NCBI GenBank assembly: GCA_026936335.1
Contig: JAPMXV010000045.1
Coordinates: 434,001-498,000 of the forward strand
Reading direction: 5' to 3'
DNA length: 64,000 nucleotides
From: Mantamonas sphyraenae STR306
Lineage: Eukaryota; Protista; CRuMs
Shown here: one piece after another, positions 11,763 to 22,091 of the stretch
Position numbering within the stretch: the stretch's first letter is position 1
How the letters are laid out: every line of letters begins with the position of its first letter
The notes under the pieces: model-generated
The model's database searches: none
Seen by the model: the letters and a program-made list of their open reading frames with translations, nothing else
What the model was told of the DNA's origin: nothing
Program-made: the position numbers and the translations under genes

Positions 11763-12114
11763 CTAGACGTCAAAGCCGAGCGTTCGGAGGCACGCCTTGT
11801 GTGCTTCGATCTCCTTTGTACAGTTTTCCTCGCCATTGAGCACCACGCACTCGTCGCGGATCTTCTTGGTGTCGGGACAGGAGCAGCAGATCTTGGGCTT
11901 GCCGTCCTTGCCGAGCACGGCTGTGCGGAACGAAAAGCACGGGTGCAAGTGTGAGCGGAATATCCGCAGAAAGGCCCAGGGTGCGTCTGGGAGGGCCGCA
12001 CAGGCATGCTCACGTACCATTGGGGTTCTTGCTCCAGTCGATTTCCTGGCCAGGTGCGTTTGCGGCAGGTGTGGAAGGTGCCGGGGCTGCGGGGGTGGAG
12101 TCGGAGTTGCCCAT
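11763..12114 (-). CDS. COX17: Cytochrome c oxidase copper chaperone COX17
   Basis: Exons 12114..12018 and 11920..11763 give MGNSDSTPAAP...KPKICCSCPDTKKIRDECVVLNGEENCTKEIEAHKACLRTLGFDV, with the CCxC motif and twin CX9C. Confidence 0.93.
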
Positions 12115-12342
12115 CGAGAGTGCTCAGCTGCTTGTGGGTTGGATTCGGTGGCGTCGATTGCGCATGGCCTCCAGGGCAGCAACGCATGCAGAAGGATGTG
12201 TGGAACAGCTGAACAGCTGAACGTACGAGAGTGGAGACATGTGTCAGCTGCAGGTGGATGTGACAAGCATGTATGGCCCAGGGTCGCCCGGTTTTCATTC
12301 GCTGTTCCCGAAACGAGCGTTGGCGGCCCGGTGGCCACTGCC

Positions 12343-12912
12343 TCAGTGTCCGGGCTCGTCCGAGTGGTTGTGTGTGTACCAAGACATGTACGTGGACCAT
12401 ACCACAGAGGTGACGTTGCCTGCAAGGGGGCGGAAATGGAGTGGGACAAAGCGAAAGTTGAGGCCGTTGGCAACGCTCCAGAGCTTCCAGCAGTTGACGA
12501 CTGCTGTGGGGTACTTGATGACCAGCTGCTCCTGGATTTCCGATACAGAGGCACCCTCGAGGGCGTTTGTCCAGGCAATGATACTGAAGGTCATCAGAGG
12601 GCCGCTGACGGTTTGGTCGGCCAGGATCTTCTTCAGCACGGTCTGCAAGTTGCGGCCGGTGCCGATATGCTTTTCCAAGAAGGCAAACCAGAAGTGGCCC
12701 CAGGGGGTAAGGAAACCCGCACCCAGCACAGCCAAGTTCAGTGTGCGGCGCAGCTCAACTTGTTCCCACGTCTTGTCTTCGATGAGCATCTGCGCATTGA
12801 GGTCGCCCGAGCTCCACAGCACAAAGGCTGTGGCCGACTTTGTGCGCAGAGGCGCAGACAGGAGTGCTGCTTCATAGCGGTGAAAGATTCGGCCCGGCAG
12901 GCTCTGGCTCAT
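12343..12912 (-). CDS. Mpv17/PMP22 family membrane protein (paralog 2)
   Basis: PLRTKSATAFVLWSSGDLNAQ, HFWFAFLE, KKILADQTVSGP and WKLWSVANGLNFRFVPLHFRPL...WSTYMSW are the family motifs. Confidence 0.9.
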   Translation of the reverse strand: MSQSLPGRIFHRYEAALLSAPLRTKSATAFVLWSSGDLNAQMLIEDKTWEQVELRRTLNLAVLGAGFLTPWGHFWFAFLEKHIGTGRNLQTVLKKILADQTVSGPLMTFSIIAWTNALEGASVSEIQEQLVIKYPTAVVNCWKLWSVANGLNFRFVPLHFRPLAGNVTSVVWSTYMSWYTHNHSDEPGH

Positions 12913-13009
12913 GCCCGGGGGGGGGAAGGGGGGAGGGGGGTGTGTGGCGGTTGGGATTGATCAACTGGATGCAATGGCGGCAAGGTGATGCGTTGCATTT
13001 TCGGGTGGC

Positions 13010-13600
13010 TCAAGTGTCCGGCACAACGTGTGCAGGGGCAATCGGCTGTGCGTTGAACCAGGACAGGTAGGTGTTCCAGACTACAGAAACGCAGTTGGCG
13101 AAGAGCGGGCGGAAGTGCAAGGGCACGAGGCCAAAGTTGAGCAGATTGGCAACCGGCCACAGCTTCCAGCAATTGACGAGTGCAGTGGGATACTTGTCCT
13201 CCAGCTTGGCACGGATGGCCTGCGGTGACTCAAAGTGGAAGACCGAGGTGAAGGTGAGGGTGGCGCCTACCATGACCGGGGCGGCAACCAGCTGGTCGGC
13301 CAGCAGCTTCTTGGCCACCACAGACACAGTACGAGCGGAACCAAAGCGGCTGTCGAGGAAGCCGAACCAGAAATGGCCGAAAGGAGCCCCGATGCAAAAG
13401 CCGACCGCGGCCAAACGTGCGGCTCGGTACCAATCCACCTGGCTGAATTGGGTGTCTTCGATGTTCACCTGTGCGTTTAGATCAGCCAGAGTCATGAGGA
13501 CGGCAGCGGAACACATCTTGGTGGGCAGCGGTTTGCTGTGCAGGAGCAGCTCGTACCGGTGCAGGATGCGTCCAGGCAGCGAAGTCGAGCCAAGTGACAT
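13010..13600 (-). CDS. Mpv17/PMP22 family membrane protein (paralog 1)
   Basis: Start MSLGSTSLPGRILH at 13600. PLPTKMCSAAVLMTLADLNAQ, KKLLADQLVAAP, WPVANLLNFGLVPLHFRPL...WNTYLSW. Tandem duplicate of 12343..12912. Confidence 0.9.
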   Translation of the reverse strand: MSLGSTSLPGRILHRYELLLHSKPLPTKMCSAAVLMTLADLNAQVNIEDTQFSQVDWYRAARLAAVGFCIGAPFGHFWFGFLDSRFGSARTVSVVAKKLLADQLVAAPVMVGATLTFTSVFHFESPQAIRAKLEDKYPTALVNCWKLWPVANLLNFGLVPLHFRPLFANCVSVVWNTYLSWFNAQPIAPAHVVPDT

Positions 13601-13763
13601 GGCAGTGCGAGCACGGGTTGGGCAAAGAGTAGAGAGTGGGTTCGGTGGATGGGCTTTGAAGTCCCGAGGGAGAGGAGGGTTGGAAAGGGTGGGTGGGGCG
13701 GGATGGGGTGCCGCAGACAGGGCGCACTGCCCTGCACGCGAGGAGCCAAACGATCCTGAACAG

Positions 13764-14143
13764 ATGAGTCTTGCATGGGGCTCGGCCACAAGCCAGCAGA
13801 CCCAAGCCAAGCACCATCAGATTGTGAGTCGATATGAAGAGGCAAAGCGGCTGATGGAAGAGGACGACATGGAGCATGCGGCGTCGATCTTGCGCAAGCA
13901 GCTCGAGCAATTGGACAGCCTGCGACACACGGCAGGGGCTCTGGACGAGTCGACTGCTCTTGTGTCTCGCCGTCTCCGGTACTTGTGTCACAAGGCGTTG
14001 GGCGAGTGCTACAAGGAGGTGCGCAAGGAGAGGGAGGCCGTGGACCACTATTTGAAGGTGAGGAGCAAGCGGGTGATCAGGTGATCAGCACGACGACATC
14101 AAGGGGAGTGGCGAAGCAAGCACGGAGCGCGCTGACACACAAC

Positions 14144-14180
<37 letters not shown>

Positions 14181-17100
14181 GCGCATGCACATGCAGGCAA
14201 GCGAACTGGACGAGTCGGACGTGGCACTGTGGCTGGAGCTGGGCGAGGTTGCCCGCAGCGAAGAGGAGTGCAATCTGGATCTGGCCCGGTTTGCGTTTGA
14301 GAGCGGCCTGAGAGTGGCGCCGGACAACTGGCTGTGTCGCGAGGCACTGTGTCAGGTGTTGTACGAACTGGAAGACTGGCAAGCGTGTATGGAGCACACA
14401 GAGCGAGCCATTGCGCTGGACAAGTCGTTTGCGCTGGGCCACCTGATTGCCCAGAGGGTGCGGCAGGAGCAGGGCAACATGAGGCACAAGCGACGTGCAA
14501 GCGCAAGCCTGGACCATTTGGCACAGCAGGACTCGTTTGATAGCATGTGGATCCCGTCTGCACACAAGCAGCGATTTGTGGAGCTGGAGGAAGCACGGGT
14601 GAAAGGCAAGCGGGCACGCCACAGCGATGCAGCGGCATCTGAACCGAGCAGGGGCAGTCACAGACGAATGGACAAGGAGAGGGAACTGTTGACCCTGCCA
14701 GAGGCCAGCGTGGATTCGCTGTGCGTGGAACTGGCAAGGTATGTGCGCAGCAAACGGTCTCTGGACGCGGTGCTTTGCATCGAAGTGGCAGAGGCAGCTG
14801 CTCCGGAGCGAGTGGAAGAAGACGGTGTCGGGGAGAAGGAACAGGAAGAGGGTGTGGTGAGGGAGAACGAGGTGGGGGAGAGCGTGGCCATGGACGTGGA
14901 AGTCGGATCGGGGAACAATGCGAAACCCGAGGACAAGAGAGGCAAACAAGAGGCAGAGGACGGACGAGCGCGCAAATCACTGCGTCAAGTGGAACAGAAG
15001 GAGGAAGAGAAGCGCAGCGGGACGCAGCTGGAGTATGCTCAGGCAATGTTCGAACTTGTGTTTGGCGACCGGCAAGTGGACGAGGAAGAGCGGGCTCTGT
15101 ATGAGGCGGAAGACTCGGCGCCTAGGGAGCCTGTGGAGAGCGGAAACACAGAGACGCAGCGCGAGAGTCACGGGGGAGAGCTTGGGGTACTCGGGAGCAG
15201 CGGGGGTGCGAGAAAGGCATACAAGTACGGGAAGCACGGGAAAAGCGAGCAGAGCGGCAAGCAGGGCGTGGAGGAAGAGGAACAGCACGGAGACGTGACG
15301 ATGGACGACGTGCTGCGCATGCAGAAGGATTTGCTGTTGCGCAAGAAGCAGGACGAGGCAACTCGCATGCGAACATTCCACAGGCAGCTGAACGAGTTTA
15401 TGGAGGCACACGGCGTGTCAGTGAGTGCACAGGAGGCACAGGAAGAGCAGAGCATGGTGCAAGCGTTTGCAGACGGATGCCGGTCGCTTGAGAGCGCGGT
15501 GGAGGTGATGCGGGAAGCAATTCGACTTGCAAACCAGCTCGTGCACGTGGCCAAACTGACGTTGCATGGCAAACGTGCACTGGTCCATCTATGCGAATGT
15601 GTGGATGCATACACTCAAGGCACAGAGGATGCACCATGGCAGAGCGAGCGAGACCTCGTGCAAGCGGAGCAACGCATGGATTTGGCGTGGCATGCAGCGA
15701 AGCGTCGTCACGCGGGCGAGAACGGTGTCGACAACGCCGATGGGGACGACGAGCATCAGCAAGCAGAAGCCGAGGACGAGGATGTGGCGTTTGTCCTGGT
15801 GCAACAGCTGCGACAGGAAGGGCGGCAAGGGATGACAGAAGGGATGCGCAAACGAGCCGAGTTGTTGGAGCTGAAGGCATTGCTGCTGGTGGACGACGTC
15901 CACGGAGCAAAGGAACTTGCAAAAGCGTTGTGTGAGGACGGCCGCTTTGACGAGGCTGTGTGCGTGGCAGGAACGGCGCAGATGGGCAAGGTGGACACGG
16001 ATGTGTTGCGTGCGCTGGCATCGTTTGCAGAGTCGATGAGCGAGCTGGAGGGTATGGTGGAGCTGATGAACAGTGGCCAATGGGTCAAGGCTGTGGCGCA
16101 GCTGGTTGAGTCGGTCGGGTTGGCGGACGAGGACCGTGCAAGGCGAATGCTGCGTACGCAGCATCAGATGGACAACATGGACAACCTGAACGCGTGTGCA
16201 TGGCAAGTTGTGGTGGACGAGTACGGCACGGAGGACAGTGTGGTGGCTGTTGTGTCGGAGGATATGAACGTGGAGGCGAAGGAAACCAGTGCCGTGTTGG
16301 ACGAGCTGTTGGGCGGCATCGTGCAGGTGGCCGTGCAAAGCAGCGTGCTGCTGCTAGAGCGCTACGTGGACGGCCTGGAGGAGGCAGATGCGCCGGAACC
16401 AGATTCTCCGGCCAGCAAGGCGACGGCGGCGTCCGTCATTTCCGCCTCCGATCCGCTCGCGTCGCTGATGGCCACTGCAAACCAGAGCCAAAGCGAAGGC
16501 GGGATGAAGTGGGTGAAGGAGGTTTTGCGCGTGCAGCAAGCGCTGCAGCGTGTGCAGATGGCGTACGAACGGTGCGGCAATGGCTACGATGCCGCGGCAA
16601 TGTGGAGGCCCCTTTGTGGGGCAGGTGGGCTGCTGGTGCGTCTGCGTGCGCTCGTTGCACGTGCGCTGCAACGTGTGCGCAGCTGTGTGAGCCACTACGG
16701 CATGTGCTCAAACTACAGCCGGCACGAGACAAAGATGCTGCAGACGGGATGGGTGCTACTGCTGCAGCTGAACTTTGCCGAATTCTGCCACAGCGTGGAG
16801 CCGTCGTCGTTCCGACCTGAGCACGCAGTGGCGCTGGCCAACCGAGTGGACTTTGTGCACTGGGAACTGGGCCGGCTGGGCATTTGCAAGCTGGACCACG
16901 GTGTGTGTTTGCGCGGGATGGCGGGCGTGCTGATGGCCATGCGTGACCAGTACGCAGAGATGCTTGTGCCGGGCAACGACGAGGCCGTGGACGAAATCGA
17001 TATGGGCGACGTGGATCTGCCTGTGACTGATGCGCCGAAGAAACCCGAGCCGAGAGTGTCTCGGACGGCGGAAGAACAGCAAAGCAGGACGACAACGACG

Positions 17101-20100
17101 GCGCAGCACAAACACGAAAAGCCACGAGAGGCGACAAAGAAGCAGAAGGACGGCAACCTGCTGAGCATGTTTAGCGCCATGTCGCCGCCCAAGAAGCAGC
17201 AGCACGACAAGCCGGCGGAGAGCGTGATGGAGGTGGAGGGGACGGTGGAGACGAGCTCAAGCACAAGCACGAGTGTGGAAACACCAAGCAAACAAGTGGC
17301 CGGCGGGACGGACGCGGTGGTGTCTGCACAGGAGGTTGCACGGCAGTCCCACGAGGAGCGGCAGGAGAAGCTGGAGCAGATGCGAGAGGAAGTGCTGGAC
17401 GTGCTGCGACGTGTGTTTCACTGTCTGTTTGACCGTTTCATGGTGGAAGTGCGCGGCATGCGACTTGAGGAGGGGGCATCTGTTGGCCACGAGGCGTCGT
17501 ATGCGGACGGCGAGCGCAAGCAGAGTCTGTCCACGATCACGCGGCTGCAGGCAGCACACTACTTTGACATTCTGTACAAGCACTATGCGTCGAACAGCAG
17601 ACGCATAGGGAAAAAGGAGTACAAGAACACGTACCAGCATGTGTACGAGCACTTTGTACCGGAGCTGCGTGAAATCAGTCGCCGCATCGGCGACATGAAC
17701 GACAAGGAACTTTCTGCTCAGGTGAAAGCAGTGGGCAAGCGAGATTTGTACTATTGGGCAGGGACGCACTATCTGAGCATGGATCCGTCGATGGGATCGC
17801 AGCTAAAGGCGCTGTACTGCTTCTGGATGGACGAGCGAGTGCACAGTGGCAAGGACAGCAGCGTGAGCAGCGCCAGCAGCAGCCGGGGCGCAGACGGCAT
17901 CGGGGAGACACAAAATATGCTGGCACAGCTGTACAAACAGTTTGTCGAAGCTGCGCTGAATGCACAAGCGGCTGGTGAAGAATTTGACCGCGACCTGGCG
18001 TCGATGTTCAAGCTTGTGGAGAAGATGGAGCGGCGCGTGGAGAGTCTGTCTGGCGTGAGTGGCCAGAAACAACAGGACGGGCGTGAGGGCGCAGTGGAGC
18101 GGCTGGTGATGGATGGGCAACGCGACTTTTGGGAGGAGCACCGGGCGAGCGTGCAGCAGCTCATCCAGTTGGCGGTGGACAAGTACGCATGTGCCGCGCA
18201 GAGTGCACGCACGGGAAGGACAGCTGCACAGGGTGTGCGAGACGGGAGCAAGCGCGTGTCGACGCTGCAGCAGTATGAGGACGACGTGTTGTTTTCGTTG
18301 TACGAGCTGTGCATGGTGCGCGTGCGTCACCGTTTATACCTGCAAGAGGGCGCACAGACATTGGAGGCAATGGTGAGCGAACTGCCGCCACGGTTTGCGG
18401 AGTGGGTGCCTGCGAAGGAGGAGGACGAGGAGCGGCTGGTGCGCACAAAGGACATTCTGCTGCTGGACTACTTGGCCAAGTTGAATTACAGCAAGAAGGA
18501 GCTGGAGAAGAAGCAGCGCATCAACTGGAAGCTGTCATTTATCAACGCACGTCTGCACGAACGTCTGAGCAGGCACAATGCACATCCAGATGTGGCGCTG
18601 CACTGCTACGCGAGCGCCATCGACGTGACGGTGACCAAGGGCGGGAGGACAAGCAAGGGGAAACGCAACCTGGGTCAAGAGGCTCTGCTGGCACGCATGA
18701 ACTGTGCACGGAGCCGGTTGCTGATGCGAATGTGGCGCCTGGAAGACGACGGGAGCAAAGCCGCCGTGGCAGAGGCCAAGCGGCTGGACCATGTGCTGCA
18801 TGCATTCAACTATGACGTGGAAAGCAACACGTTTGGTCACCCAGAGGGAGCGTATCGCTTTCGCAAGAAGCTGTTTGCACAAACTGGGTTGAGACTGCAA
18901 ATGCCAGCCACCAAGACGCCCGTGGCGGCAGTGGCGGCAGTGGCGGCAGCACCGACGACAACAGCCGAGAGTGAGGACGACGACCACGCATTCCAAGACG
19001 ATGTGGGGATGGATGATGACACCAAGGGGCTGCGACGATCAAGTCGGTCAACAAGGGCCCAACGCCGGCCGTATCTTGACGGGGGCGGCGACGGCGAGGA
19101 CGGAGACGAGGAAGGGGAAGAGGAGGAAGAGGAAGAGGGAGATGACTTGGGCCAGTTGGAGGTACAGTTTGTGGGCAAGGTGGTGGCAAAGAAAGAAGGA
19201 GCAGGAGGCGTGGCGCAGGAACAGGTGGAGGCCAAGTTGGAGGGCCCCGTGGCAGACAAGGACGTAGGGATGAACATTTTTGGGGCGCTGGCTGCAGTGG
19301 ATAAGGACAACAATATGCTGGGTGAAAGCCGAATGGCTCTGGCCAAGTTGCTTCTGCATGAGAGGGTGGGCAACGTGATGTTGGCTCGAAAGTATGCCGA
19401 GGGCTTGTTCAACGCCAAGGGGGGAGCAGCAGCGAGCAGCCGCAACGTGTACACCTTTCTGATGACATGGAAGGACGCCAAGGTGGCCAGCGACAAGGCT
19501 GAACGGATGAAGGTGAAGTACGCAACGATGTACGCAGAGGCGATGCTTGCGTGCGACGCAGTGGACGTCAAGGAGGCGAACAGGCGCAACAAGGAGAGAG
19601 CGGGTCATCAAGGGTCGCTGGAGGAGCTGGAGCGGCTGGAGGCCCTTCCGTGTGACCGACACGAGGTTGTGCCAGCGCTGCAGGAGGTGATGGACGTGCT
19701 TGTGGCTGTGCACAAGGCGGACCGCTCAACGCGAGCGGTGGAAGTGCTTGCACAGGCGTTGGTGGAGAGCATGGAGAAGGAGGTGGCACTTGTGGAGCGC
19801 GTTGGCAAGGCCAAGGTGAGCAGTGCGCGATGGGCACAGCTGGAATCGATGGGTGTGTCGCTGTGCGAGGCCGGCATGGCAGTGGAGCTGGAACGGAGTG
19901 GGATGCACGTGGATGTGGCCAACACGGGTATGGCGTTGTCCATGTCATCGTCATCATCATCATCGTCGTCGTCGTCGTCGTCGTCGGCTGTTGGGGAGGG
20001 TGGCACGGGACGAGGCGAGCGATGGGCCGAGTTGCAGTTGCGGCTGCTGGACACTGTGCACAGTGTGGGGGCAAAGCGACGTGGCAAGGGACGAGGCGGT

Positions 20101-20202
20101 AGCAAGACAAAGGCAAACGAGAGCCAGGGAGGAGTGTCTGAAGAAGAAGAGGTCAGTGAGAGGGAGAAGATTTTGGCAGCGCAGACTCAATGGACCCTGT
20201 AA
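13764..20202 (+). CDS. CABIN1/HIR3-like large TPR protein (HIRA histone chaperone complex subunit)
   Basis: Exons 13764..14057 and 14197..20202. N-terminal TPRs LRYLCHKALGE...AVDHYLKASELDESDVALWLELG...LARFAFESGLRVAPDNWLCREALCQVLYELED closely parallel the CABIN1 N-terminus (AMEFYLEAVMLDSTDVNLW...[23 protein letters not shown]). Confidence 0.75.
14146..14178. repeat. (CA)n microsatellite at intron 3' end
   Basis: About 16 CA units between branch-like GCTGAC and the acceptor at 14196. Confidence 0.9.
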
Positions 20203-20246
20203 TGTTGATGGCGCGGGCTGTGTATTCCTGTACGATGCTGAAGTGG

Positions 20247-21314
20247 TCACCCCTTGAACGCACTGCGACTTTGGCGCAAATAAGCCATCATTTCGATGTC
20301 GTCGTGGCAGCTGTGGGCTTGTTTGAGCTCATTCGGCCGGAGGAACGGATTGAGCCTTCGTTCGGTGGCCATGGTGGTGGGTTCAAAGGGCTGGGAATCA
20401 TCGTGAGCCTGTTGGGCGAGGACAGCTTGCTCGGCAAGATCTTTGTTGGTGGGATCGATGGTGAGGGCCCATCGAGTGTTCTTGAGGGCGTACTCGTGGC
20501 CAGTGAACACAATGGCGTCGTCGGGCACGGAAGCGAGGGTGTTCAGGAGAGCAGTGTGCATCTGGGGTGCTGTGCCCTCAAAAAAGCGACCACAGCCGTT
20601 GACAAACAGGGTGTCGCCAGTGAAGAGGAGGTGGATGTTGTTGGGCAGATCGTGAAGGTGGAAACAGGCGTCGGAGAGTGTGTGGCAGGGGACGTGGATG
20701 CAGGTGACAGACATGTGCAGGGAGAGTTCCATGGTGACGTTGTGGGAGATGCAGAGGGTGGCAGCAGGCACCTTTTGCTCTTTGCAGTCGCTGGAGACGA
20801 CTTCGACGGCTGCTCGGCCAAAGAGGCTTGCGTACTCGCGCTCGAAGCGCTCCTTGAGCTCGGCATTGCCTCCAGAGTGGTCCCAATGGTAATGGGTGCA
20901 GAGAATATGGGTCAGCTGAGGGATTCGTTCGAGTTGCATGTCCCGTTGAAAGGCAACAAGGGCCTGGAGAACCGCTTCGGGATCAGCAGGGTCCACGGCA
21001 AAGCAGACGGGGTTTCCGTCGGCTGTGTCTGTGTCAACTACGACGTAGCTATAGTTGTCTACGAGGACAGGCACGACAAGAACATGGAGGCTGTCGCCAA
21101 AGTGGTGGACTGTGCCTGCGTTGTGTGGCTTGTCTTTGCCAGCACGCCTGAAGCGCTTGACAAGCATGTGGCCCAAATCGGTCTTTGTAAAGAGATAGTA
21201 TGCGAGGGCAAAGCCATAGTGCATCACGAGGCCTCGTCCTGCCTTTGTGCCCAGAAGGAGAGCGAGGAGGAGGACGCCGACGAGAAAGGTCTCGGAGAAG
21301 GGCAGCTCAGGCAT
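20247..21314 (-). CDS. Hydroxyacylglutathione hydrolase (glyoxalase II) family, PNKD/MR-1-like with N-terminal hydrophobic segment
   Basis: DNYSY, THYHWDHSGGN metallo-beta-lactamase motif, PCHT, LFTGDTLFVNGCGRFFEG, GHEY and ERRLNPFLR. The N-terminal YYLFTKTDLG resembles PNKD. Confidence 0.9.
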   Translation of the reverse strand: MPELPFSETFLVGVLLLALLLGTKAGRGLVMHYGFALAYYLFTKTDLGHMLVKRFRRAGKDKPHNAGTVHHFGDSLHVLVVPVLVDNYSYVVVDTDTADGNPVCFAVDPADPEAVLQALVAFQRDMQLERIPQLTHILCTHYHWDHSGGNAELKERFEREYASLFGRAAVEVVSSDCKEQKVPAATLCISHNVTMELSLHMSVTCIHVPCHTLSDACFHLHDLPNNIHLLFTGDTLFVNGCGRFFEGTAPQMHTALLNTLASVPDDAIVFTGHEYALKNTRWALTIDPTNKDLAEQAVLAQQAHDDSQPFEPTTMATERRLNPFLRPNELKQAHSCHDDIEMMAYLRQSRSAFKG

Positions 21315-21581
21315 GTTTGCGTTGGCGGAGAGAAGGGGAGGGGAGAGAAGGGGAAGGGGGAGGGGGGTTGAGGGGACGGGGGGTTGACGTCAAGAGATCA
21401 AGAGGAGGTGGGTTGGTCAGATTGCATGTCCGTCTGCGGCTGTTTGGCCACCAAAACACCAAGTGTGCGTAGGGGAGCGGTCGGCGACGGGATGGATGGC
21501 AGATGGGAGGGAGATAGATGATGGATTGGACAACAACTTGGGAGGAGTGTGGCGTGGCTGACACGGCGTGAGGGGCTGCAG

Positions 21582-22026
21582 ATGTCTGATTTCGAGATTG
21601 CTGCCGAAGAAGTGAAGAACCTGGACTCTGAGCCGTCGAACGAGGAGAAGCTCAAGCTGTACGCTCTGTTCAAGCAGGCGACGGTGGGCGACTGCAACAC
21701 CGGTAGGTGATGGGGGACGTGAAGAGAGGGAGACCGCGCACATGCAGCGGAGGGGGCCGGGTGACGTGGCAAGGCTGTGGGAGGGAAATTTGCGTCGGTG
21801 GAAAACGCAACCTGGTTGTAGTTGTTCCAAAGCGGCAGAGTAGGAGAGAAACGAAGCTGACACGCAGGTGGCCGCACACAAAGAGCGCCCGGGCTTCTTT
21901 GACCAGACCGGCCGCTACAAGTGGGACGCCTGGGACGCGGAGAAGGGCACGTCCAAGGACGACGCTGAGAAGGCGTACGTCGAGCTCGTGGGCACGCTGA
22001 AGGAGTCCTATGGCTACTCCGGCTAA
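21582..22026 (+). CDS. ACBP: Acyl-CoA-binding protein (not in ORF track)
   Basis: Exons 21582..21702 and 21884..22026 (GTAGG...CACAAAG) give [87 protein letters not shown]. Confidence 0.95.
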
Positions 22027-22091
22027 GCAACAGCTTGCTTTGGACACAAAGACAGAAAAAGTGGGCATGGAATGAACATTGCATTCGGTGC

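Noticed and set aside
11416-11954. Apparent frameshift in the WD40-like gene and overlap with COX17
   Set aside because: Explained by a canonical 100-nt intron at 11316..11415; the gene ends at 11724.
11921-12578. 271-aa N-terminally extended COX17 in the ORF track
   Set aside because: The extension reads through an intron and overlaps the Mpv17 gene; the spliced two-exon model gives a normal COX17.
19943-19986. (TCA/TCG)n and other trinucleotide runs (AGC, GAG, TTG)
   Set aside because: Ordinary coding homopeptide tracts (poly-Ser, poly-Glu, poly-Asn).
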